From Octopus bimaculoides (taxonomy: Eukaryota), in contig NC_068999.1 of assembly GCF_001194135.2 (NCBI RefSeq), forward strand, positions 21,000,912 to 21,064,911: a stretch of DNA of 64,000 nucleotides, in the 5' to 3' direction. Positions 24,747 to 37,904 of this stretch are shown here, in pieces. A program made the position numbers and the translations under genes. How positions within the stretch are numbered: the first letter of the stretch is position 1; every line of letters starts with the position of its first letter. A model generated the notes under the pieces. It searched no databases and had not been told where the DNA came from. It worked only from the letters and a program-made list of their open reading frames with translations.

Positions 24747-26776
24747 CATATGTGTGCGTATGTGTGTGTGTATGCTTGTTTGTGTGTGTGTGTGTATAGT
24801 TGCATCTCGTGGGAATCATTACACCAAGAATAAACTCACGCATGGTTGTATTTCACTTCTTTTGTATTATTGAACACGACACACAGCCCTATTCAAGCCA
24901 CGCGTCTTCACTAAAAAAAAAAGAATATATAAGAACAATCCTACGACGAGACCTGTAAGACGAACAGTGAAGGTGCCATAAGTGGTGAGGCGAAAGAGGT
25001 GCTTTTGGGACACGTTGTCACTCATTAGTTCATAAACTGCGAATTTAGAATTTCAATAAACTGAACGATTAACCAATTGATCAATTCTTTAACCATACAA
25101 TTGACTACAAATTAAACAGAAATGAAACACAACCAGTGTATGTGTCTTTATAAGCTATGTGACCATCGCAAACTACAGTAATACATTAACAAGTAAGTGC
25201 TGAGGAAACAAAACTCAGGCTGGCATCAAATTGTAATTTTGCTTAAACGTATGCTTGTGTATATACGTATACGTCCATATGTGTGTACGCGTGTGTGTTT
25301 GTCTTCTTGCGTGTATTCATACATATGTGTGTGTGCGTGTGTGTGTATGTGTGTATTTATATATACATTTATATATGAATGCACACACATACATATACGC
25401 TCACATACACTCACACACACATTCATACACAGAAACGTAACATATATTTCAGAGTGTATGTGTTTACACCAACAGTAGTATTTACATTTCGATTAGCATT
25501 TGTATATAATTAAAATACCACTTGATTTTAGTCATATCTTATTTCTAATTAGACTGACTAACTCTTGAATATTTATGAAGCAACTTATCAAATATTTCAA
25601 TATTTGAAATTATTAAATGGTGGCGTCTCCAGTTCAAGTCCTATTATCAGGGGACTATCTGCGTTTCTGAATATTTTGTCAAAACTTTTGATGATGCCTC
25701 AAGTTTGTTGGTATTGTTACACTTAGCGTATAATTACACATATATTAATTACTGAGACATTTAGTATATCATCATAGATGTCAGTACTACAAACATACAT
25801 ACATACAGACACACACACATATATTCTACTCATCGTTTGACCATTATATATAACATCTATATAATCACCGAATTACGATACATCCTTAAGTTACTACTTA
25901 GCCTCAATAGAAACTTATCCCTTTTATTATGTATTTCCCTCTTACGATTCCTTTCGTGCATTTCTCTTACCCACCACATCGTCATTTACCACTTTTCCAT
26001 GCTTCCAATTCCTTCCCCATCTCCCCCTAGCTTCTTCTTCAACCAGTACCACTTACCATTAACTACCGCTTGCCTTTATTACTAATCTATCCCTCCTTGT
26101 CTCCCTCTCTATCCACCACTTTCTGTTTACTCCTATACCTTCTTAAGTATATTCCCTCTGTCACCAACCCCCTTCATTCTTCGAATTCCCTCTTCACCAT
26201 CCTAATGATACCTAAAACTAGTCTCTTCTCTCCAACTCAATACTGGCCCATTCCCTTTTTCACCGTACCAATTTCCCTTTCTCAGTTCATTAGCCCCTGC
26301 ATTCACGACTATTAACATGCTGCCAAACCCAACAACGACTACCCTTCATAATACTGGAACTCACCTCCCGATTCTCCATTTCTACTTTTCTCAAAACCTT
26401 GATTACTCCCCCCCCCCTCTTCTTCATGTTCTGACTGTCCTATCCTTTTGTTCTTTCTTGCTTCAACACTCTCCACACTTTGCAGTCACATACTTCCCAT
26501 TTTCACTTACTTCTATTGGCCTTCCTCTTCACCCATTCAACCTTTAAACTTTAGTGAATTATGATTTGAAATGTTAGATACTTATCTCTCCACTTGAAGC
26601 TGGAAGTTGGATTTATGTAACGTTTATATGCTTCCACTACTGGATGCATATCCTTTGCTGTTCGTTAACTACATCTGCCTGCATTAAGATATAATTCTAA
26701 GCCCCCAGAAACAGTTGTTGGACCTGTAATACCTTACCTTCTCCCCTTAACCGCTGGTGTCTTTGTGTATGTATGC

Positions 26777-26809
<33 letters not shown>

Positions 26810-27192
26810 TGTATGTATGTATGGATGTATGTATATGTATATATAGTGTTTTTAAAGACAGCTCTTCCATAAGGGATATCATCTTCGGAGAAATACTGCA
26901 GGGTAAATTTTTGCCTATCACAATATATTTACATTAAGTACGATACGTAAAGACTTATGTTTAGCAAGGTTACTTTACGTTATCATTTCAATTCTCACTG
27001 TAGTCAACTTCCTTAACTAAGAAGACTCTAGACAATAAAGTCTTCTATTGTGTTTTTAAAAAATTATTTGCATTTTACCCATTATAATAATCCATAACAC
27101 ATCGTGGAAATTTTCTTATAATGTGATGGATATTAAACAATTGAAATTTGAGATTTATTAAACCTTAATGAGGATAAGATATCCTTGAATTG

Positions 27193-28022
27193 NNNNNNNN
27201 NNNNNNNNNNNNNNNNNNNNNNNNNNNNNNNNNNNNNNNNNNNNNNNNNNNNNNNNNNNNNNNNNNNNNNNNNNNNNNNNNNNNNNNNNNNNNNNNNNNN
27301 NNNNNNNNNNNNNNNNNNNNNNNNNNNNNNNNNNNNNNNNNNNNNNNNNNNNNNNNNNNNNNNNNNNNNNNNNNNNNNNNNNNNNNNNNNNNNNNNNNNN
27401 NNNNNNNNNNNNNNNNNNNNNNNNNNNNNNNNNNNNNNNNNNNNNNNNNNNNNNNNNNNNNNNNNNNNNNNNNNNNNNNNNNNNNNNNNNNNNNNNNNNN
27501 NNNNNNNNNNNNNNNNNNNNNNNNNNNNNNNNNNNNNNNNNNNNNNNNNNNNNNNNNNNNNNNNNNNNNNNNNNNNNNNNNNNNNNNNNNNNNNNNNNNN
27601 NNNNNNNNNNNNNNNNNNNNNNNNNNNNNNNNNNNNNNNNNNNNNNNNNNNNNNNNNNNNNNNNNNNNNNNNNNNNNNNNNNNNNNNNNNNNNNNNNNNN
27701 NNNNNNNNNNNNNNNNNNNNNNNNNNNNNNNNNNNNNNNNNNNNNNNNNNNNNNNNNNNNNNNNNNNNNNNNNNNNNNNNNNNNNNNNNNNNNNNNNNNN
27801 NNNNNNNNNNNNNNNNNNNNNNNNNNNNNNNNNNNNNNNNNNNNNNNNNNNNNNNNNNNNNNNNNNNNNNNNNNNNNNNNNNNNNNNNNNNNNNNNNNNN
27901 NNNNNNNNNNNNNNNNNNNNNNNNNNNNNNNNNNNNNNNNNNNNNNNNNNNNNNNNNNNNNNNNNNNNNNNNNNNNNNNNNNNNNNNNNNNNNNNNNNNN
28001 NNNNNNNNNNNNNNNNNNNNNN
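27193..28022. other. assembly gap (N run)
   Basis: Ns. Other large gaps lie at about 7860-8107, 11955-12422, 14357-14536, 41544-41731, 52313-52580, 58162-58650 and 60310-60706. Confidence 0.99.
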
Positions 28023-28145
28023 TGTATGTATGTATGTATGTATATATGTATGTATATATGTATTATGTATGTATGTATGTGTGTATGTATGTATGTGTGT
28101 ATGTATGTATGTATCTATGTATGTATGTGTGTATATACATACCTA

Positions 28146-28632
28146 AGGGTGCAAGATAGCACCTGCAATTGCTAGAAATAAGAGCTAAAAAACATAACTC
28201 GAATAGCGACACAAAATCACCAAGCTCATGAGATATACAAGGAGTTCGAGCGGCAAGCCACATCTTTCTTCAGCGAGATAAACTCACCGAATGAAGTAGT
28301 TTGATAAAACCCTATCACGGGATTTCGAAATATAACCAACATGCTGTTGTTTCTCCACAAGGGTTCATACAATTTACTCAGGTCTGAAGAGATAGCTTGC
28401 TTCACATTTGCTCATGAGAGAAAAGAACTGTTGAACAGCGAGCGCTAAAATTCAAAACCGTTAAAATGTATATAATACAATGGTAAATTAATATATTATG
28501 ATATATTAAATACATTATAATATAGGTCAATATAACAATTAAAGCCAAAAAGGTTGATGATTTTTGTGTGACTATTCCACTTATATTTTTAAGCTCTTAT
28601 TTCTAACAATTGCACGTGCTATTTTGCACCCC
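28146..28632. mobile_element. MITE with ~85-bp imperfect TIRs and TA flanks (Tc1/mariner-type)
   Basis: Left agggtgcaagatagcacctgcaattgctagaaataagagctaaaaaacataactcgaatagcgacacaaaatcacc; reverse complement of right end ggggtgcaaaatagcacgtgcaattgttagaaataagagcttaaaaatataagtggaatagtcacacaaaaatcatc. TA at 28144-28145 and 28633-28634. Confidence 0.82.
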
Positions 28633-28723
28633 TATTTATGAATCTTGTCTTTTTGGTTTTCATTGCTATAGTCACCTATATTATAATGTATATATCATAA
28701 CATATTAATTTACTCTCATATCT

Positions 28724-28773
<50 letters not shown>

Positions 28774-29731
28774 NNNNNNNNNNNNNNNNNNNNNNNNNNN
28801 NNNNNNNNNNNNNNNNNNNNNNNNNNNNNNNNNNNNNNNNNNNNNNNNNNNNNNNNNNNNNNNNNNNNNNNNNNNNNNNNNNNNNNNNNNNNNNNNNNNN
28901 NNNNNNNNNNNNNNNNNNNNNNNNNNNNNNNNNNNNNNNNNNNNNNNNNNNNNNNNNNNNNNNNNNNNNNNNNNNNNNNNNNNNNNNNNNNNNNNNNNNN
29001 NNNNNNNNNNNNNNNNNNNNNNNNNNNNNNNNNNNNNNNNNNNNNNNNNNNNNNNNNNNNNNNNNNNNNNNNNNNNNNNNNNNNNNNNNNNNNNNNNNNN
29101 NNNNNNNNNNNNNNNNNNNNNNNNNNNNNNNNNNNNNNNNNNNNNNNNNNNNNNNNNNNNNNNNNNNNNNNNNNNNNNNNNNNNNNNNNNNNNNNNNNNN
29201 NNNNNNNNNNNNNNNNNNNNNNNNNNNNNNNNNNNNNNNNNNNNNNNNNNNNNNNNNNNNNNNNNNNNNNNNNNNNNNNNNNNNNNNNNNNNNNNNNNNN
29301 NNNNNNNNNNNNNNNNNNNNNNNNNNNNNNNNNNNNNNNNNNNNNNNNNNNNNNNNNNNNNNNNNNNNNNNNNNNNNNNNNNNNNNNNNNNNNNNNNNNN
29401 NNNNNNNNNNNNNNNNNNNNNNNNNNNNNNNNNNNNNNNNNNNNNNNNNNNNNNNNNNNNNNNNNNNNNNNNNNNNNNNNNNNNNNNNNNNNNNNNNNNN
29501 NNNNNNNNNNNNNNNNNNNNNNNNNNNNNNNNNNNNNNNNNNNNNNNNNNNNNNNNNNNNNNNNNNNNNNNNNNNNNNNNNNNNNNNNNNNNNNNNNNNN
29601 NNNNNNNNNNNNNNNNNNNNNNNNNNNNNNNNNNNNNNNNNNNNNNNNNNNNNNNNNNNNNNNNNNNNNNNNNNNNNNNNNNNNNNNNNNNNNNNNNNNN
29701 NNNNNNNNNNNNNNNNNNNNNNNNNNNNNNN
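28774..29731. other. assembly gap (N run) between (AT)n tracts
   Basis: Ns. Confidence 0.99.
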
Positions 29732-29783
<52 letters not shown>

Positions 29784-29886
29784 TGTATATATGAATATGT
29801 ACACACACATATATCTATACACGAGTAAGCACATAAATGCACAAGATGTGTGTGTGTGTGTGTGTGTGTGTTTGTGTGTATTAGTG

Positions 29887-29955
<69 letters not shown>
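29887..29955. repeat. (AGAT)n microsatellite
   Basis: Direct inspection. Confidence 0.97.
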
Positions 29956-29956
<1 letters not shown>

Positions 29957-30085
29957 GTAGGTAGATATGCCCTATTCTGTTACCTGACCAAGTGCACACT
30001 TTAGCTTAGAGAAGCGCTGGAACGAACCTTCAGATCGGAAAACACAAATGAACTCTGTTATATGTATTGAGTATGTTATTCCCCT

Positions 30086-30124
<39 letters not shown>

Positions 30125-30784
30125 CTACACGCACACACTCACATACTACGCAACAAATATACTCACATATCTTTTACGAAATTTAAATTACATTTAGAAG
30201 AATACATAATTAAAACATAGCTGATTTGTAATTAGAGTTCATTCCTTGGATATTCATGGAGCAAATATTTCAATTTTGAAATAGATGAAATGATGAGGTT
30301 AATGCATCAAGTTTAATTTCCATGGGATTATCTGAATTCCTAAATATTTTGCGATAAAACTGTTGATGAATTTCGAAGCGTATTTCAAATTTAAATTATA
30401 GCAGGCATAAAAATTGACAGCCAACATTAGAAGTAATTATACTTCGAAGTAAACACATAATTAGCTCAATAAGTAATATTATTTTAATAATTTCAGTAAA
30501 TGAGGGAGACATCTACCAATATGTACCTGTCGTATAAGCCCTTTTCAGTGAACCACGGACTTCATTCTACTTGTAGAAAAAGCGGTGAGAGAATCAGGCA
30601 AGTTAATACAATGACATTTATTATAAAAGTATAAATATGTTGTTTATATGACACATAGTATATCAATATAAACACAATACTAATGTCATATTTCATATAC
30701 CTATAGGACAACACATTGTGACGTTTAGTATTCTGTTATAAATACATTCGTATCGTGAAGTTAATATTATATATTATTATTATT

Positions 30785-31120
30785 CATATATACACAGTAG
30801 ATTAGACTGTTTGAAAAGAAAAATTCCTAACATTGGGCTACAAGTAACATTAGATGCCAAGAAGTCTCCTAACTACCCTAGCTATCCCTAATAACATTGT
30901 TTTCTGGAGCTGTACTAAACTGTGTTTTAAGACCTATTTGCTATACTCATCTGTTCAAATCTTTAGGAATAGTTCCTAATGCACGTATAACTACTGGGAT
31001 ACATTTTACTCGCACTTTTCGTAGCCTCTGTAATTCAATGGCCTGGACCTGGTACATTGCTATTTTTTCTATATCTCTCATATCGATTTTTTAATCATCT
31101 GAGACTATGAAGTTAATTAT

Positions 31121-31174
<54 letters not shown>

Positions 31175-33725
31175 TCCTTCTTTTAATGATTTTAATGTCT
31201 GGTCATCTGTTAATTGGATTCCTTCACTGTTGATTGTGAACTGTCCCCTTCACTCTTGACACTGTTGACCTATCCCCTTTTCATGACTAATATTTCACAT
31301 TTATCTATGCCAAATTCCATGCCTATATCTTTGTTGAAGCGTCTTATTAATGAATCTATCTCTTTTTCATTCTTACTAAAAAGCTTCAGATCATCCATGT
31401 AGAACAAATGGTAAATTTTTCCCTTACTATTTCTAAACTGATATCCTGCCTTTGGCTTCCTTAATACTAAACTCAGGGGGATCAAACTTAAGACAAATAT
31501 TAAATGGGATAACGTGTCTCCTTGTAACTTCCTCTCTTGATATTAACATTCCCTAATTGTATGTCACCTTAGATCTACTTTCTATTTCTTCATCCTAAAG
31601 CTAATTAATTCTTTTGTGTTCTCTGCTACACTGAAGATACTCAAACATTCACTTATCCATAAGTGTGGGATCATGTCATAAGCTTTCCTATAATATATGC
31701 ATGCTATTATTAGATTTTTCTTTCTAGCTTTTACTTCATTTAAAATTGCTCTGTCTATGTATAATGCATCATGAGGTCCTCTAGCCTTCTTCCGGCAACC
31801 TTTTTTTCTTCTGGCAGTAAATTCTGGTTATCAAGGTTTTCGTAAATGCTTTCTGAAGGCATTCCTGTTAACAGCTTCCACGGTAATGGTAAGCAAGTGG
31901 TTTGCCTATAGGTGTTAGCTGTATCACCCTTACTCTTATCTTTTGTAATCAGTGTTGTCCTCCCGCTATTCATCCAGTCTGGTATTATTCGTCCATTAAG
32001 GCGATTCTGAAGTCGTTCTCCCCGGCCTCCCGTGTTAACTACTAAATTTCTTTAGCCAATACCCTAGAACTAAACCTGATTGTTTCTCACTCACTATTTC
32101 TTCCTCACTTTCTTTAACCATATTGTAGCTCCATTATAATTGACTGGTTCATCCCAAATATTACTCCAGAACTTTCAAGGTTGTTCTGCATTAAGTTTCT
32201 CCTCTCCTCTGTCTCAAATAAAATATTCTGTTGATACTGATCTACTCTTTTCTGATATCTGGAAAGCTTACCTGCTGCTATGATACACTGTTTCAACTCT
32301 GTTATTACTGTCCCAAATCCTTTCTCTTTGACTTAATATCTTTTCTCAAGGGAAGATTTGCATCTTGCGTTTCCTAACTTGTTCAGTTTCCAGGCTTCTA
32401 TTCTACTCAGAACTTGTCTTAAAGTCTTCACTTTATTTTGTAGTGTCCTTTTCTACATTTGCTTTATTTAATCCTTCCAGGTGAGATATCTAATCTTCTA
32501 GTGACTACTACCCCTCCTGGTTAGATCAACACGTTAGTATCTCATATATTTTAGTATCTATCCTACTGATAACATAATCTACTTTCCTAGTCATTTCTAG
32601 CAGCTTCCTTCTGCTGTTATCTTTTAATGTTGGCAATCTTTTTCTCACTTTATTCATTACTTCCTGCAACTCATCTAAAATCTTGTGGTCTTCCTCATTT
32701 AAATCACTTACGTCGCTGGAGCCAGGTGTCTGTTCTTTATTGGTAGCGCTATTATTAGTTTTTACTTTAGATTCTTCTTTGGTTTGAGCTATGTCTCTTA
32801 TGTTGTTGTTTGTCTATCCTATTGTCTGGTCTTTCTTTTCCAGTTCTCTTGTGATCTCTTCTACTTCCAATTCTGTCATCAACTTTCTTCCCCTAATAGC
32901 ATTAGCTTGATCTGCTAACCTCTGCTCACTTTAAACACACCCTTCTCTACCCAAAGTGTTAACATCTGTTTTATATAGCCCCTTCTTTTAGGTTCACTTT
33001 CTAAGTAGCACAACATCACTCTCCTGTTTTCTTCGCTGATCCACTTCCTCCTCCTTACTCTGTTATCTGCCGATGCTGTATTAGGATGACAGCTGTGGCC
33101 AATTTGTATCTTTACTGAACCACTGCCGAGCGATAGGCCTTCCTTTATAAGTCCAGCTTCATTTTCGCTGTTACAACTAGAGTTACTTCGGAAACTCTTG
33201 TCTCTCATAAACTTAGTTAAGATAACGTTCGTCACCAACGTCATGAACACTATTATATTTTGACCTCTGATAGTTTCAAGCAACTTTCTGCTGCATCATT
33301 TGTTGCACCCCTGTGCTGGTAGGGCGGTGTATTCTGTATTTGTTTTTTTGTGGGTGATATTCTATTGCATCAGTATATTTTGTCACGGGTTCGGAATGAA
33401 TCTTTTGTTGTATTAGCTTTTATATTGTGTGTTGTTTGTGCAGCACAGATTATGTTCTTCTGTCGGGTATCGGCCTTCTATGGCACATGCTGTGGGCTTT
33501 GATAATTTTGTTGAGTATTTATGGTATGAGTTTATTCCAGTATGTTTTGGAGGAGTGTTGCATAGTAATGTGTGTAAATCATAAATCAACAATTTCATAG
33601 TAATTATGGTTATCTGCCCTCCATTCTTTTTCTTTCGGTTAGCTTTGTTATGGGTTCGTTTTTACAACGTTTACTTTCTTAATTGAACACCGCCCATGGA
33701 CATGTGTTGATTTTTCTTTCGTAGT
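30785..33725 (-). mobile_element. Dong/R4-clade non-LTR retrotransposon with both ends, internally deleted and degenerate
   Basis: Minus strand, in order: RRRKWISEENRRVMLCYLESEPKRRGY; AGKLSRYQKRVDQYQQNILF; GRTTLITKDKSKG...CLPLPWKLLTG; YRKAYDMIPHLW; YMDDLKLF (31390-31401); GMEFGIDKC; then REL endonuclease IINFIVSDD*KI...EKIAMYQVQAIELQRL...CIPVVIRALGTIP...LQKTMLLGIARVVRRLLGI* (stop 30850-30852). Short (TAA)n at 30772-30784 and long (TAA)n at 33731-33776 flank it. Confidence 0.9.
31121..31173. repeat. (CTA)n microsatellite at the internal deletion junction of the Dong-like LINE
   Basis: Direct inspection. RT sequence lies to the right and endonuclease sequence to the left. Confidence 0.97.
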
Positions 33726-33727
33726 TA

Positions 33728-33730
<3 letters not shown>

Positions 33731-33776
<46 letters not shown>
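33731..33776. repeat. (TTA)n tract between the RTE 3' end and the Dong 5' end
   Basis: Direct inspection. Confidence 0.97.
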
Positions 33777-33778
<2 letters not shown>

Positions 33779-33779
33779 C

Positions 33780-34260
33780 AACATATTATATCAGTATCAC
33801 CATATCCATACATCGACCACACTATCAGATGTTGGTATAAAACTCTTTATTGACTGTGTCATCCTTTTCCATCTTGGTTCGAATCGTTTAACTAAATCGT
33901 CTTTCCATCTTCGTGGAGGATTTTCAAATGATCTTTCCCGACCCCTTGGTACCACTTGGCAACTACACGGATCCACTTGCTGTTCCGCGTTGCAGCATGT
34001 TCGGCCCAATGAATCCGTACTTTCGGTATTCTGCGATCACATCATCCACACCGCTCTGTTCACGAATTACTTCGTTTGGAACATAATCGTAAATGACATT
34101 CCTGAAACACATCACTCCATGGCCCTTAACGACGTAGTCAATCGACGTTCTTCCTTTTTTGTAGTAGCCTATAGCAATATAAATATGTAGATATTGCGAC
34201 TTACAGTACATCACCACAGACATGCTAGTATTTTACGTGTGCTTAAACCAAGGTTACACA
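33780..34260 (-). mobile_element. RTE-clade LINE 3' fragment
   Basis: Minus strand across frameshifts: RAME, NEVIREQSGVDDVIAEYRK, PRGRERSFENPPRRWKDDLVKRFEPRWKRMTQ - the RTE C-terminal signature - followed by a (TAA)n tail. Confidence 0.8.
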
Positions 34261-35549
34261 TCATCAAGCACACTTTTGTTCAAAGATATTGCGTCACGCT
34301 TGTTAACCAGACGCAGTGTAGCTTTCCTATTTTCATGATGAGCTGATGGTATTTTGATAGAGATTTGTGGTTCTTTTTTCCACTACATCAAACATCTGAG
34401 TTGGGGTTATTTTGTTGCTTACGAAATATAGCAAAAACATAGAGTTAAAGAAAAACACACAACAAATTGTAGTAAATAGTTTTACTCACACATGAGTTCT
34501 AAATTGAAAAACTCTTGGGGTTTAGATTTCTACATTCCAAGTTAGAATAACAGACTTAATAATATAATTAGTTGAAAAATAAAGAGAACTGGTGCCAGTT
34601 AAATCGATTTTTCCCTCTAAAAATACTGTGTATATATACATTTCTAAAAAGACTATAATCTACTGCTCAAAAAGTGTGTGTACGTATTTCATATATATAT
34701 ATATATATATATTTATATACATATTCGTGTGTGTGTGTGTGTGTGTGTGTGTATAACTAGCGGTTTGCCGTAGACGCAATTTGCACCGCCGTCTGCAAGT
34801 CAATGTGTTGTCCAACGGAAAATCAAGTGTCACCTTGGAGCTCCTGCCATCTTAAAGCTTGTCTGTCAGAATGCTACGAACTAGAATTGACATCGCAATG
34901 TATTGCTGTCCATCGTTCCAACAATGGAATTGTGAAGCATTGTTTCTCTAATTGCATATAAATAACCTCAAAATAGGATTATACTACCTCAAAAATACCA
35001 TATATGGAAACTCTAAATAGATTATAGCTTAAAAGTTATTCAAATGAAATCGCTGAAAATGCAAAAGCGGTTTGTGATGCATTCTCCAGTATTTATGGAC
35101 CTAACAGTGGTGGGAGTGGAACTCTATTTCGTAGTTTGATACGTTTGAAGAAGCAGCTAAACTTCGTTCAAATTACAGTTTCGTGTGATATAAATGAAAA
35201 AAAAATGATTCAGTAGATATGTTCTTAGATATTCCTAAAGCGCCGTGTCGGTTACGGATCGAATAATTCTGATAATAGATCTCCTTGGTAATGAATGACC
35301 AAGTGTAAACGTGAACAACTGCAGTAACTTTGAATTATTTGGTAGCGTTGCTCTGAAATTCTATTTATTAACCAAATGCACAGTATATTTACCCAGCGAA
35401 TGAGTGATTAAAAGATGTTGATGAATAACAAAACCAAAAACATATCTAGAGTGCTGTCTTTGTCTCTCTCTCTCTCTCTCTCTTTCTCCTCTCTCTCTTT
35501 CTCCTCTCTCTTTTTCTCTCTCCTAGTTTAAATATTGTTAGTCCTAGAT

Positions 35550-35765
35550 AAGTTCGCGAAATGGCATAATCGTTCGCACGCCGGGCAAAATGCTCAGCAG
35601 CATTTCATCTGTCTTTACGTTCTGAGTTCAAACCCTGCCAAGGTCAAGTTTAACATTCACCCCCTTTCGGAATCGATAAAGTAAGCACCAGTCAAGTCGA
35701 TAAAGTAAGTACCAGTTCGATATAATCCACTAACCCCATCTACCGAATTTGCTATAATTTGAATC
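35550..35765 (+). mobile_element. SINE-A copy with internal 20-bp duplication
   Basis: Head and core present; tcgataaagtaag(c/t)accagt occurs twice. Flanks aatattgttagtcct (35531-35545) and attatcagtcct (35767-35778). Confidence 0.78.
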
Positions 35766-36507
35766 CATTATCAGTCCTTGGTAAATATCTGGTATTTTTT
35801 TCACGGAAAATAAATTCAGAATTTTAGTTGCTCACAAAATAAATACGTTAATATCCATTGATGTTAAAGAATTTGGTCGGTTGAGTATGGAAAAAATCCG
35901 AAAGATTTCTTTTGGTAAAAACATTTTGTTAGTAGTGTGATTGCTTTTCTGTGAAATGTAGATATTTTCATGCAAGAAATCAATGTTAATATAATGACCT
36001 GTAGTGTTCAAGTATGCCACTACTTCATTTAAGTTGCGTACGGGAGGATGAAGAAGAAACAGTATGTGTATATGTATGTGTGTGTCTTTATGTTTATTTG
36101 TGTGCTTGTGTGTTTGTGTGTGTGTGTGCGCGTGTGTGCGCACGTGTCGCTAATAGCCATAATTTGCAATTCTCTCATTTCATATCGTATTGGCATTCTA
36201 GATTAATTATATGCTGCCGGATTTTAATTATCAGTAATGGATCTAAAATGTATTATCATTGGGTTTCAGTAGTGCAAATATGCATGGCACGATAATGCTT
36301 GAGGTAGAATCAAACAGATAGTGTAAAAATGAGAATAAAATTTCAATTTGAATAAAATAGAGATATTTCTGAGGGGGGGGGGGGGACCACTATTACAAAG
36401 TTGAGGAGTTCCAGACATCTTTTACATTATTTAACAAAGTCTGGCCAAATATTATTATATGGAGAACAAATTAATTAAGTTTAAAAAGTTTTTCGTTTTT
36501 TTTATAG

Positions 36508-36557
36508 CATCTTCATATGAGAAGGAGTAGTGTCAAGGCCTCTTTCACTGGCTTAAG
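36508..36557 (+). CDS. candidate internal exon (unverified), peptide HLHMRRSSVKASFTGLx
   Basis: Very strong acceptor gtttttcgttttttttatag and donor AAG|gtaagta. 50 bp with only the phase 0->2 frame open. No homology recognised. Confidence 0.3.
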
Positions 36558-36659
36558 GTAAGTAGAGCGAATCCTTGTTAGACTAGACAGCTGACCCAAA
36601 TGTTTGAAATTCAGTGGGTTCCACAAGTAGTGGTGTAATCTAGAAACGAATAAAATCTT

Positions 36660-36815
36660 TAATACAAGTAATTGGGTTCCACACGTTTTGTCTACAAAAT
36701 TTCACTCTCAGCTACATTGCTCAAATCAAAGCTTTATTACAATTAGCCCAAAGTACTATGCAAAAAGATTGAACCCGAGATCACAAAGCTACGAAGCGAA
36801 ATTCCTTACTAGTTA
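36660..36815 (-). mobile_element. SINE-B head/core, highly degraded
   Basis: ttttgtctacaaaatttcactctc...gattgaacccgagatcac...cgaagcgaaattccttac resembles the reverse complement of the SINE-B head and core. Confidence 0.4.
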
Positions 36816-37854
36816 CTGCATTTTTTTAAAATTCCATCATGACAAAACGAAATGAGCAAAAGCGTCCAAGCTGTGACTACTCCGTATTTTTACAGGCTTT
36901 ACAGGCTTTATACACTCCCGACTGAATTATCTAATGAGGTATTTTATAAGACATTCGAGGAGGTATTTCAGAGAATTCAACTGCTATTTCTGGCAAGCCC
37001 AGAGCCATCGAAAATGCTTCGTCATTGATGCGAATTAAGATAGTGAAATATAGAAGTGGAAACAAATGAGAAATAAATATCCCTCATGTTCTATGTATGA
37101 CATTTATGTTTCTGGTGCAAAACTCCAGAGCCTGTGGAGAAATCACTTTTGCTGTTAGACCCAGGACAGGTTTCATATATAGGCGTGACTTTGTTTTCCA
37201 AACTCAGTGTATCATCTAACAATAAAGGTCTGTTTCAAGACGGTATGGTGCAATTTGAGTGAGTGTTGTCTGCTAGTTAAATGAGATCGAACAACCGCAT
37301 AGCGTCCTTCGTTGTCCAGGTTTGTTCTTTTGACTGGAGCTCAGGAATAGGCTTATAGGTTATATTTTCTTTTAGCTATCCAATACCATAGAATACACAC
37401 TGCTGGTGTCTTTGATGCTTTTCTGCCAGTGCTGGCGTTTACTACGAACCCTCGACGTGCATAAAATGTGTTATTCTACGCTTAGTATGTTTAAAAATTG
37501 GATTTGATATCATTCTGGTTCGAAACAAAATTAATTACTTGATTGAAAGCGAATTTCATAGTACAAAAGATAATGCTTCGCTGATAACAAAAACTGGCAA
37601 GAAATGATTATGTAGTAATAATGATTTTATTATTGAAGAAATTGGCGTTATATTTCTATTTCAGTTATGAGTATTTTTTCCCAAGCTTTTGGAAATAGTA
37701 TTTCAATTCCTTTATGATAATCCCACAAAACTAAAAAATAAAAAAAATTCAGTTCATTACAACTTCAACATTTTTACGGTGATAATTTAAATTGAAATCG
37801 TGAGCAGGTCACGATGCTATTGTTTGCTAATATGAGTATGCGTCTGTGTAGATA

Positions 37855-37904
<50 letters not shown>

